This document shows positions 1-10,754 of a DNA stretch of 64,000 nucleotides, in pieces; within the stretch, counting starts at the first letter, position 1; each line of letters opens with the position of its first letter. A program made the translations under genes and the position numbers. Below the pieces are notes generated by a model. The model saw only the letters and a list, made by a program, of their open reading frames with translations. It was not told the origin of the DNA and searched no databases. This DNA is from Antechinus flavipes. Its lineage: Eukaryota. The stretch lies in NCBI RefSeq assembly GCF_016432865.1, contig NC_067403.1:248186001-248250000 (forward strand), given 5' to 3'.

Positions 1-654
1 AGAAGTAAAGATGACAAGAAATGGGAAGAAGGCATTGAATGATCCCAAAATAAAGATTATTAACTCAGTGATGTGAATATCAGAGCAAGACAGAAGTAAG
101 AGAGGGGGGATATCACAGAAAAAATGAGGCACTATGTTTGACCTACAAAAGGAAAGGCTAAATATGTTTCCTATGACTATGGAGGAGGTCAGAAAGCCAC
201 AGATGTGAGCACCAGAGACCAGAGATACACATAGAGTTGATGTCATGGTGGTGGTGTAATGTAGGGGCTTACACACAGCTGCATGGCGATCATAGGCCAT
301 GGTGGCTAGAAGGAAATTTTCAACAATAACAAAGGCCTCAAAGAAGAACAATTGTGCTGCACATTCATTATAGGAAATAATTTTGTTCCCTGTGAGGAGC
401 CCAGCCATTACCTTGGGAGTAATAGTTGAAGAATAGCCAAAATCTACCAGAGAGAGGTTACTGAGAAAAAAATACATGGGGGTGTGGAGCTGGGAATCCC
501 TGGAGATCAGAGCTACCATCCCCAGGTTCCCCACCAGAGTGGTGAGGTAGATGAAGGTGAACATTATGAAGAGAGGAACTTGAAGCTCTGGAATATCTGT
601 TATTCCTTTAAGGATGAACTCATCCATTTCAGATCTGTTCTCCATAGATTCCAT
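1..654 (-). CDS. OR5B-like: Olfactory receptor OR-1 (class II, OR5B-like), 3' part outside window
   Basis: Hand translation from ATG at 654 gives 218 uninterrupted codons: [25 protein letters not shown]...[13 protein letters not shown]...[15 protein letters not shown]...PHFFCD...[10 protein letters not shown]. No indels versus OR-2. Absent from the ORF track because the stop lies outside the window. Confidence 0.93.
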   Translation of the reverse strand, partial: MESMENRSEMDEFILKGITDIPELQVPLFIMFTFIYLTTLVGNLGMVALISRDSQLHTPMYFFLSNLSLVDFGYSSTITPKVMAGLLTGNKIISYNECAAQLFFFEAFVIVENFLLATMAYDRHAAVCKPLHYTTTMTSTLCVSLVSGAHICGFLTSSIVIGNIFSLSFCRSNIVPHFFCDIPPLLLLSCSDIHITELIIFILGSFNAFFPFLVIFTS

Positions 655-700
655 TTAAGAGTGATGTCATTCAACCTGCAACAAAAGAATAACTTAGAAA
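655..700 (-). promoter_or_regulatory. Splice acceptor in front of the OR coding exon
   Basis: Minus strand TTATTCTTTTGTTGCAG|GTTGA, AG at 677-676, 21 nt before the ATG. The same acceptor is kept at 16012-16011, 27669-27668, 39327-39326, 50779-50778 and 60400-60399. OR genes typically have an acceptor just before the single coding exon. Confidence 0.7.
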
Positions 701-874
701 AATCCACTCCATGATATCAAAATGTTTAGAAACCTGTCTTATGTGAGGACTAGAAACAAAGATTTAAGTGACCAATAATATCTGGGTACTTGTTATAACA
801 GTTATTCTACATTCCCAAAATTCACTCATTCATTTTCTCATAAATAGTTCTTCTGCATTACCTCTTGCTTTTTA

Positions 875-1132
875 TATACATATATACTTAGTATGATGAT
901 GTAATGACTCTCTAGTTCATACTATATATATATATAGAGAGAGAGAGAGAGAATAGTTCAGTATTCTGTAATGATGTAATTGTAAGGTGTATAAGGGCTG
1001 AAAGGACTAGAACTGAGAGATTCCATCTTTGACCACCCTCTTGGTGGCTTTTCTGCCTCCTTCACTCCTCCACTAAGATCAAGGACTCGGGCTGATCCCA
1101 ACATCCTCCAGAAAGCTATACCAAACATTATA
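875..1132 (+). mobile_element. LTR-like fragment replacing ~235 bp upstream of OR-1
   Basis: Present only in this spacer; paralogs carry different sequence (e.g. 16210-16440). Contains (TA)n(GA)n, a TATAAGGG motif and an LTR-like 3' end (...CCAAACATTATA). No TSD seen. Confidence 0.4.
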
Positions 1133-1974
1133 GGAGAGGATCAAGGAATGATGGGCAAGAGTTTATTGGAATCCTGTTTAGTCCTGGATTCATCATAGCT
1201 TTAAAATTTATGTGGTTGACTAAAGTCACTAGTCCTTGAGTGGGAACAGTTGTCAATGGACACCAGGGGTATAGTTATAGAAATAATCTTTCCAAAAGAC
1301 CACTGGTGGATCGCTTAACAATATATGAGTTCTAATTTTGTATTCCCTACACAGCCTGTCCCTATTTCAGTTCAGAAGGCAGCCACAAACAGCGCTATTT
1401 TGTTCTTTCCTTCACCATATATTTTTGGGGGCGGTCCCAGAGTAATCTCTAATTTTGGAGTCTGCATCCTTCAAGTCTGAGATGAAATTTCACCTATAGA
1501 ATTCTTTCTTGATCCATTGATCTCAATATAAGTGCCTTTCTTCTTTTGATTACCTCTAATTTATCCTGAATATAGCTTGTTTGTAAACTGACATATGTAT
1601 GTTATTTGCAGAGAGATTATGGGACTCCTTGATAGGAAGGACTGTATTTTACTTTTCTTTGTATTCTCAGCGATTAGTATGGTGAGGGACATATAAAATA
1701 AGCCATTAATAAATGTTTATTGGCTCACTGCTTGGTTAGTAATAATCTTCAATGTCTGGACTAAAGTAAATTGGCCTTTAGGCTTCAGACAATGACATTT
1801 AACATTCCCAGGCATCAATTTAATGTTTCACAGCTTGGAAGGACTTGCCACTCCTTTAGTCTTATTTAATTAGTTTCACCTTTACCCTCATGAATTATTT
1901 CAGGTACTCATAGAACTTGTAAATAAGCTGCCACATGCTATCTGTTCCAAGTTGTTTCTTTAAATATCTACATA

Positions 1975-2065
1975 CGCATGTATACATGTGTGTATATTTG
2001 TATATACACATACATGCATATATATATACACTTACATACATACACACACACATATATATATGTAC
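1975..2065. repeat. (TA)/(CA) low-complexity microsatellite
   Basis: Alternating TA/CA/TG runs. Similar tracts at ~28755-28840 and ~40425-40495. Confidence 0.85.
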
Positions 2066-3049
2066 TAAAGCAGACAATTTCAAATCAGCATAACTCCTCA
2101 GACGTCATCTAATTCAACTCACATCTGACTAGGAGTCACCTCTATCAAAGCCCACTAAAAGTCATATATAGATATATAGATAGTTATAGATATCTAAATA
2201 TCTAGATACCTATATCTAACTATCTATCTAGTAGCATTTTGGAGTTTCCAAGAAATTACACCACATATTCAAAATGAATTAGATTCTCTAATACATAAAA
2301 ACAAATCTGGCTGCCAAGGTACCATTAAGATGTGACAGAGAGGATTGGGATGTGGTTTTGGCCAGGTTTTTCCTTTATTTGAATGAAATAGGATAAATTA
2401 CAGCAGGCTATTATAATATTTTTAAACTGAGAAAATATAAGAAGAAATCCATGAAGAATGTAGGAAAACATGGTGGAAACCATTTATATTATTTTCACTA
2501 TATTACTGATAAAAATCTTCTATCAGGCCCAGAATGTTTTCTATTAATCTGAATCTTTTATTGTCTCTTTGCCTCTCAATCCTGTTTTTTATCTCTGTTT
2601 CTCTCTTTGAATATTTGTCTGTGTCTCACTCTCTCTAATTTTCCATTTTATTTTGTCTGCCTGCTTCTCCCTATGTGTCTCTTTCTATTTGTATGTATAT
2701 CTATCTTTTTATCTATCTATATACCTGACGAACTACATATTTGAGTTCTAATATTGCTTGAATTTTCATTTATTTCTTCTGTGATTCCATGGAAGGTAAA
2801 TTGATCCTTCTGCTCCTTTGATTCCTCATTCAAAAAACTGGAATAATATTTCTTCGGATATGAAAGGGGGTCAAGTGTTTTTCAAGAATCAAATGCTATA
2901 GACTTGAAAGTTCCCCAAATCAGGTTGTTGAGCTCATGTGTGACAATGGATGAGTATGGGCTCTGAAAAACAGAAATACATAGAGAAAAAAACCTAGAGA
3001 TTTTCATATACTACAAAAGATTTGTTTGGTAATGTGTTATATAAAGAGA

Positions 3050-3240
3050 GCTTTGATCTTTGATTCAACAACATGTTGATTTAAGTAGAACTTCAGACTT
3101 TTAAAATTATATATGTCTGGACAAATCAGTTAAGTCAATGATTCCTCATTGCTTATCTGCAAAAAGGGGAAAAGATGTAGGAATGGAATTTATCTCAAAT
3201 AGTTTTTGGGAGATTTAAATGAGAATATTGATTATTAGAC
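3050..3240 (+). mobile_element. Decayed MIR-type SINE
   Basis: MIR-core-like text (...ctggacaaatcagttaagtcaatgattcctcattgcttatctgcaaaaaggg...ggagatttaaatgagaat). Repeated in every spacer. Confidence 0.6.
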
Positions 3241-4089
3241 TTGATTTTTGAAGTTCTTTCCATTCCTGAATCGATGATCCCATCACACTTTTAGTCTATA
3301 TTAGTTTAAAAATATATCCATTATTCTTCATAATACTATATTTAAAGAACTTTTTTTCTTAATATGGTTAATGGGAATTGATAGGTAAGGACAAAGTAAA
3401 TGAATAAAAGTTTATCTCATAGATTGTTAGAGGAGTTTTTGCAAGTATCAACAAAGAAGTATTTTCTACTAATATAATAGGAACTGTATTAAGTGGTAAA
3501 CAAACTAACCCACAATCAAGGTTTTGAGTAATGTTTGTCTTATACGTGCAATGTGCCATTTTTGTAATTTACAGAATTGAATGAAATTCAAATAGATAGA
3601 TACATACAGTCTATGATAATCCTTTTCACTGATATACTTAAGATTTTGTTCCTCTTGAGTTCCCATGTTTAGAGATATCCCTTCTTTGTTGGCAAGGTTA
3701 ACAGGGTGAATTGTTTTTTACTCAGAAATAACCAGGCTTTGATCAATAGCACTCTCTTGGAAAGGTTTTTGATTAGGAGGTTGAAGACTTGGCTTTTAAT
3801 TTTATTTGGGTATTTACTTAGTTTTTCTGTGATTTCATGGATTTTAGTTGATCCTTCCATATCTCTGCCTGCTCATTGGAAATATGGGCATAATATTTTT
3901 TTGTGTATGTGGGTCACACAGTGTTTGGAAGGAAATTTTGTCAAGAATAAAGTGCTATAGATTTAAGTTATCAAGATCAAATTATTGGTTTTGTATGTGA
4001 TAATGGATGAGCAGAAGCTCTGAGAAACACAAATGCATAGAGAAAAAAAGGATAGCAGTGTTCCTACCAAAAACTAATATGACAATATG

Positions 4090-4320
4090 GTGTAATGGGG
4101 AGAGCTTTGATTTTTGAGTCAAGAAGATGTGGATTTAAATCCCAACTCAAACATTTATTACTGGTGCATATCTAGACAAATTACTTAAACCAACTAGTTT
4201 CAGGTTATTTACCTGTAAAAGGAGGAAGAATCTCAGAGTAATGGTATTTATCTCAAATAATTGGGGGATTAAAATGAGATTATTGAAGAGCTTTTTAATA
4301 TATAGATGTGAGCTATTACT
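4090..4320 (+). mobile_element. Decayed MIR-type SINE
   Basis: ggatttaaatcccaactc...tagacaaattacttaaacc...tttacctgtaaaagg...gattaaaatgag. Repeated in every spacer. Confidence 0.6.
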
Positions 4321-5094
4321 ATTCAGGTAAAAAACTCTATCTCCTCTAATTTTTTAATTAAATATCCCACTAAATCTTTTTATGCAGAGCCTTACACACA
4401 GTATACAGTAAATAATATTAAATGATGTACTCATTGGTCTACAGAGTCACCCATTCCTTAAATTGTTCCTTTGATTACTAAAGGATGAAGAGTTTGAAAA
4501 ACTACAAAGAAGTAGCAAATAAATGTTTGAGCCCAATTTTCATACATGATCCCATTTGAGCCCTTAGACAAACCTATGCAATAAGTATTAAAAGTGTACT
4601 ACAAGTATAACTATGCACACTACATAGATAAGGAGAAAGAATTCAATAGACTTACCCCTGGAAAAAATTGAGCCAGTACCTTAAGATAGAAGAAATTTTT
4701 ATACAAGTCTTCCTGCCTCCATGTCCAGCAGTGTTTCCACTATTCCATTTGTATCTACACAAACATTGTAGCCTTGAATTTGGATATCTGATTGGCTTAA
4801 TGTAGAGAAAATTGGCCAAAACTCCAAAAAGAAGGGAGAGACAAGATTTTTATATTTATTTTGACCTTGAAGTTCCAAGTCTAGCAAACATATGATCATA
4901 TTGGAAAAAACTTTTTGTTAGGCACTGGTGCAGAGGTCAAAGGTATCTAGTGGTATAGTACCTGGTCACTTCTGGTCATTGCTATGGCATGAATGACAGA
5001 AGAGTTAGTGATTTCCATTCCTATCCTACATTCAGTTCAGCCTCAGGAAACAAAAAATAAACTAGATGAATGAGGGAATGACTCAGAGAACTTA

Positions 5095-5270
5095 ACTCAC
5101 CAGCTGGATCCTTAGAACTAAGCCCTTTCATGGAATGGTTTAATGTCAGTGACTGAATCAGGGACTTTATGCAGTCCTGGTAGCCCTGAGACTCTTGGGA
5201 GATAGTGCTCCCTTGGAAATTCTGGTATCTCTGCTGCCAACTTCTGAACAAAACAAACAATTAAATTCTG
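5095..5270 (-). promoter_or_regulatory. Candidate OR-1 promoter and non-coding exon 1
   Basis: Minus strand: homeodomain site TAATTG (5263-5258), O/E(EBF)-like sites TTTCCAAGGGAG (~5219-5208) and CTCCCAAGAG (5201-5192), then donor CTG|GTGAGT (GT 5100-5099), 4.45 kb upstream of the ATG. Motif-based inference only. Confidence 0.45.
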
Positions 5271-5473
5271 TTCTGACCATGGGGAAAGAACAATTTTCTC
5301 ATGGATATTTTGTGATTCTTTGCTTATTTTTAGCAAAGTGAGATAGAATGGGACCTGGGAAAAACTTCTAGTCCTGCTTCTACTATCTTCTAACTAGGTG
5401 ACATCAGCCAAGTCATTTAACAGCATCAAATCTCAATTTATTCTTCTTTGAAATGGGTATAATTGTACAGCCT

Positions 5474-5635
5474 GGGCGGTGCAGTGGATAAGATATTGGT
5501 CCTTGAATCAGGAACACCTGAGTTCAAATATTACCTCAGACACTTGACATTAACTTGCTGTGTGACTCTGGGCCAGCCACTTTTACCTTTTTTTTTTTTT
5601 TTTTTACCTCAAAACAACAAGAACAACAAAAACTT
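5474..5635 (+). mobile_element. Short tRNA-headed marsupial SINE (WSINE/MAR1-like) nested in a MIR
   Basis: A-box-like GGTGCAGTGG, B-box-like GAGTTCAAAT, core TGTGTGACTCTGGGC, A-rich tail. Paralogs at ~20701-20850, ~32373-32530, ~43981-44085 (internally deleted) and ~55123-55280. Confidence 0.7.
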
Positions 5636-6737
5636 GTATTAGCCACAGACATGAATTCAAATTCATACACACTCACTAGCTCCAGGTCATTGAACTTATG
5701 TTTGCTTTATTTTTATTTCAACTATAAAATGAGGGTAATAATAATACCTGCTCCCATGTTGATTGTGTAGATCAAAATTGATAGTACTTTAAAGCATTCA
5801 GTTCTCTATTTGGTATATGAGGATGCAATAGAACTGCTAACTACCATCATCATCATCATAACCATCCCAGTACTCATTCACTGGCTGAAACTCTATTGAA
5901 TGCCTGAGCAGTCTTACTAACCAAGTCATATGAGAATTCGTCAAGTTGAAAAACAATAACATCTGCAGAGAATGAGTTTAAATTGGAAACTCCAGCTTTA
6001 ATATTACAATGAGAGGCAACATAAAATAGGTTTTTACAGTACACTTCTAATAATCTAAGATGGTTTCAAGAACATTCTTAATAAGAATGATCTGTGAACC
6101 CCTTCTCCAAATCTCCTGATGAGTTTTTTTTTCCAACAAGACAAAGTTATCTAATATTCCAAGATGGTTTCAAGAAGGTTTTTAATGAGAATGATCTGTG
6201 AACCCCCTTTCCAAATGTTCTGATGATTTGCTTTCAACATAGCAAAATTGCATATCATCTTTATAATATCACATCATTAAATTTCTCAGCTGATTATTTA
6301 GATGGTAACAGAAGGAAACAAGGGAACTACTCTGGATGATAAAGGGAAAGGAAAGAAATGTACTTGCATGGGGCCATCCATTGAGAATCAATCTTCATTC
6401 AAATGTAGAACCTCTGTGATAATGTGGAAATGATTTGAAGTGTTGAAGAATTGAAAGAATCCCTCAAACTTATCAGAAATAGTCCAAGAGATGAATGTAA
6501 AATTTGCACACATGCCCAAATGATTGTGTCCATGATCTTGAAAATTTCAAATTGCTGCTGAAACCAGCCTAAAATTGTTCAGATATGTGCACGCTTGCTT
6601 TCACAGAAAGGAAAAGACACACGAAACGCAATTAGTAATTATTAGTTTGTGGCATCAAGAAAATTTAGTTAGCTCTAACTCCATGAATATCATTATAAAC
6701 CTCCAAAGTGTTTGTGTACCATTAAAAAAGAATTTGC

Positions 6738-7222
6738 TGACCAGCAGGATGAATACAAAGAGGCTTGGAAAGACTTAAATGAACCGATGCTGAGTGAAAT
6801 GAGCAGAACCAAGAGATTATTATACACTTCAACAACAATACTATATGAGGATGTATTCTGATGGAAGTGGATCTCTTTGACAAAAAGAAGATCTAATTCA
6901 ATTCCAATTGATCAATGATGGACAGAATCACCTACACCCAGAGAAGGGTCACTGGGAAATGAGTGTGAACTGTTTGCATTTTTGTTTTTCTTCCCAGGTT
7001 ATTTTTACCTTCTGAATCCAATTCTTGTGCAACAAGAGAACTGTATGGTTCTGCACACATATATTGTATCTAGAATATACTATAACATGTTTATCATGTA
7101 TGAGATTGCCTGTCATCTGGGGAGGGGGTGGAGGGAGAGGAAAAGTCAGAACAGAAGTGAGTGCAAGGGATAATGTAAATAATTACCCATGCATATGTTC
7201 TGTCAATAAAAAGTTATAATAA
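6738..7222 (+). mobile_element. 5'-truncated L1 (ORF2 end + 3'UTR) with TSD
   Basis: L1 3' sequence ending AATAAAAAGTTATAATAA. Flanked by TAAAAAAGAATTTGC (6723-6737) and TAAAAAAGGGAATTTGC (7223-7239). Empty site at ~56280-56296. Confidence 0.88.
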
Positions 7223-8039
7223 TAAAAAAGGGAATTTGCACGAAACCATTGTACCTCTAGCTTGAAGAACTATTCTGGCTCCTAGTCCAATTCTTCATAA
7301 AGTAAGTTCTTGCAAGGTATTTGTTGAAATTCACTAACCAAAAAAAGGGGAAACGAAGCTCAACGCTGACCCAAATATCCTGTATAACATGATAATGATG
7401 TGCACAGAATAAAAATTCTTCAAAATACTGATATTCTGCCCTGACAATAATGATTGTGATTTTCTTGGTTGATAAAATATATTGTGTTAATTGAAGGGAG
7501 TTATGTGGCTTATCTTTTATGCTTTATTGTCAACCATAAAATATAGTAATGAATAAATAAATGAGGAAAAACATTTATTCAGTGTTTATTTATGTACAAA
7601 GTACTGTTCCTAGTTCTGAAGATATACACCTAGAAGTGAAATAACCCTTGCTCTTAGAGATCATTAATCTAATCATGGATTATGTCATTCCAGATGCAAA
7701 TGTTACATAAAAACCATGAAAACACATAAGGTGTTTTCCTCATAAGTGTTTTGTTAGCATTGGCTGCAGGGAGAGTAGCAGAATGTAGAAACTGGAAAAA
7801 CAGCAGACTTCATCTTTTAAAAAGTTATCATATTGTAAAATATAAAACATGTATCTCCTTTCAATTTAATAATTCCAAATTTTCTTTGCCTTATATACTA
7901 TAATACATTTATATAACTATAGCACAATGAACATGTGATAACTATATATTGTGCTTGCAATACCACATAAACAACTTGCTATCATGTGCAGATGTCTTCT
8001 TGCCATTTTAGTATAAGTCTGTTTTAATTACAGCAAAGT

Positions 8040-10754
8040 TTGTCAAGCCCCCTGACTTCTCAGGAAGGCCAAGACTCCCCTAAAGCAGATGAGGAGTCAA
8101 ACTACCATGTCAGCAGGGTTCCTTTTACTAGATGAAAGGACTATACCTTGCCCAGGGTTCCCCATTATCTATGATCCTCTACATATTCTGCTTTCTTTTG
8201 TTTTAATTTAAACAAGTATACATCCATGGTTAAAGCCATAAACAAGTTTTAGCATAGGAGGAATCACACAGGGAAGTACTAATATAAATCAAGCAATATG
8301 AATAAACAAGAAAACATAAAAAACTTCCATGAGTTCCAGAAGGAAGACATAGAAAATAACTATTAATTCTCAACCACACATATACTTTCTTCATCAGCCA
8401 AGAGATAGTCCAAAGTCAATCTATTGTCCATCACTTCATATGTCAGGGAATCCAATGATTTCTGCAGGTTTTGAAGTCCTGCATAACTAATTAGCAATTA
8501 TTTTTGTGGTTATGGTAATGTCTGTTTGTCAATTGCCATTCATATAGTCTAACAGTCATGCTCTTTCAGAGGCAGATGTAGTCAGAAATGGAACCACTTG
8601 ATGTTTCTTGGGTCTTCTCCTTTGTTTCAAGGGTTTTCTCTTTTTCCATCTTTCTGATGGACGAGGATAAGGAATGTTGGCACCCACTGGATTTCTTCTT
8701 CATCTGTAGAGACACAAGCAAATCCTCTGCTTTCAAGCAGTTAACCTATATGGTCCCTTCCATTCACTGCTCTCCAGATCTCTCCACATCATCTGATGAT
8801 TATCTAAAGATACTGGAGCTGCTCACACTGGGCACTGCCTTTCCAATGGGTTATGAAACCTGTCTTCCAGAACCAAAGTGTCCTCATCAGAATAGCAAAA
8901 AATTAATAATATAAGGAGGTAAGTTTAGAAGTTCTGTGGGTTATCTGTGGCTCCCCCTTTCTTTTGTTTTTGTTTCTCCTTTCTACTATCTATTGCCTGT
9001 CTTTGAGGACTGAAGAATATGCCAGTGCTGTGTGAAATCTGATACTGTACAAAAAAAGTTTGTGAAATGTTTGGGAAGTATATGCAGATCCATTATCTGT
9101 TTTTATTGTTTGTAGCATGCTCATAGCTGCAAAGGCCTGTGTAAGGAATTCAATGACCACCCAGGCGGTCTCTTTTGCTGCTGGTGCTGCAAAAGTAAAT
9201 CCTGAAAAGGTGTTCATGGCAACATAAATAAAAGACAGGTGACCAAAAGATTTAAATTGGGTCACATCTATTTGCTAAATTTCATTGGGCTGCAAATCAT
9301 GAGGAAGCCCTGGAGCCCTGGAGGAAGTGTAGGAGTGTGGAAAGATAAGCAAGCTGTACAGGCTTTTACTATGCTCCTAGCTTCCTCTTTTGTTATTCCA
9401 AACTGCAGATGTAAAGCTCAAGATGCCTGATGATATTTAGAATGAGATTCTTGGGCTGCCTAAAATAGAGGAGTATTAGCTAACATTGTGAGGAAGTGAT
9501 TTACCTTTGTTTCCATTTAAAAAAAATGGTCCTGGAAGAACAGTATGAGAGGGGATACGTAAGAGGGAATACTTACTTGGGTGGTTTTGCACCTGCATCT
9601 GAAGTTCCTTAAAAAGCTGAAATATGTTAGAGGCTACATATTTATTTGGGCTATGGCAATTCTTTGTAACGCACCTACTAAATAAGTCGATTCAGATATT
9701 ATATTTACATCTCCTGGGAAATAAGTAAGAGCTAACATAATTGTATACAATTCATTCTGCTGAGTGGACTGACTACTCTTTTAATAAATAAGTTAGGAGA
9801 ATATATAGCACAAATGTTATGTTTGGACACATCTTTAAAGATGGTCAATCTTTTAAGAGAGATCTTAGAAACCTTTTCTTCAAAAACCCGTGGCCAACTA
9901 TGTAATAACCAGGCTATCTTTAAGGGAGACTTAGGTATAAAAATCAGGAGCTGTAGCCAAGAAAATTTGTCACTCTGAGATGGTTTCACAGTGTACGTTA
10001 ATTTGTACATTGGTATAAAAGATGTATATCTTGTTATGTCCTTTTCCAGCTAATTGCATTACTTCTTTAATGACTTTTAACAAGATTGTAGCCACAAGCA
10101 TTGGATAAGAACTAAGCCTTTGGTCTGCTTATGCTGTTTTTTTTTTTTTTTTTTTGCCATGGATTTCCAGTCATTAGGGGTTAGGATTTCATAAATGAAA
10201 TTCTCTAATACTACCCTAACATAAGATGATGCAGATCTATAAATAGTGCAAGCCTTTTTTTAGAACTTTGATAACTTTCAGATTAAAAGAAGTGTGTCTT
10301 CTCCTGATTTGACCTGGAGACCCATTAGGATCACATTCTTTAATCACAGGGTATGCTTTTCTTCTCAACCCAAATATATCCCATCCTTTCTCCCTTGCTT
10401 TACCTATTACCTTTTATAATTGGGACAAAGGAGGAGGGCAAAATTGTGTTGGTGTTCCCTCTGGTGTCACTGTCCCTCCCAGCTCCTACTTTTGCTCCCC
10501 CAAAAGCAGAATTGAGAGAGAAGGATCAGGAAGCAAAGGACACCCCAGGGGTGCCTGTGTGGGCATTAGTAAAGGGGACTTGAGAAACTGAAAAGCACCA
10601 TGCCCCTCAAACTTCCCAATCCAATGCCTATTTTCAATCCCTTACCCATACATACCCGCTGGGGCTATGGATACCATCCCATATTTGTTCTCCTCATACT
10701 TCTTTGTTTGACACCCCATACTAAAATCATTCTTTTTCTTATATTTGGATTTTC
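8040..10754 (-). mobile_element. Internally deleted ERV relic: gag(CA N-term) / RT-connection-RNaseH-integrase / env-TM remnant / PPT / partial 3' LTR
   Basis: Minus-strand peptides: integrase HHCC (ESHSKYHQ...ITKEEARSIVKACTAC), core (TFSGFTFA...IKTDNGSAYTS), C-terminal WRDLESSEWKGP..GFACVS, and env NLQKSLDSLTYEVMDNRLTLDYLLADEESICVVEN (8470-8366). Purine tract 8204-8184 precedes TGTAGAGG at 8183. Many stops and frameshifts. Confidence 0.85.

Noticed and set aside
484-714. Plus-strand ORFs over OR 5' ends (also 15826-16032, 27483-27689, 63689-63940)
   Set aside because: Antisense shadows of OR coding sequence. They recur only because the ORs are duplicated.
1895-2083. Short ORFs rich in C/V/Y/I/H/T (also 14587-14808, 26252-26548, 28780-28968, 49385-49693, 49415-49618)
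   Set aside because: Translations of TA/CA microsatellites.
5474-5635. tRNA gene
   Set aside because: The A/B boxes belong to a SINE head followed by core and A-rich tail; no cloverleaf.
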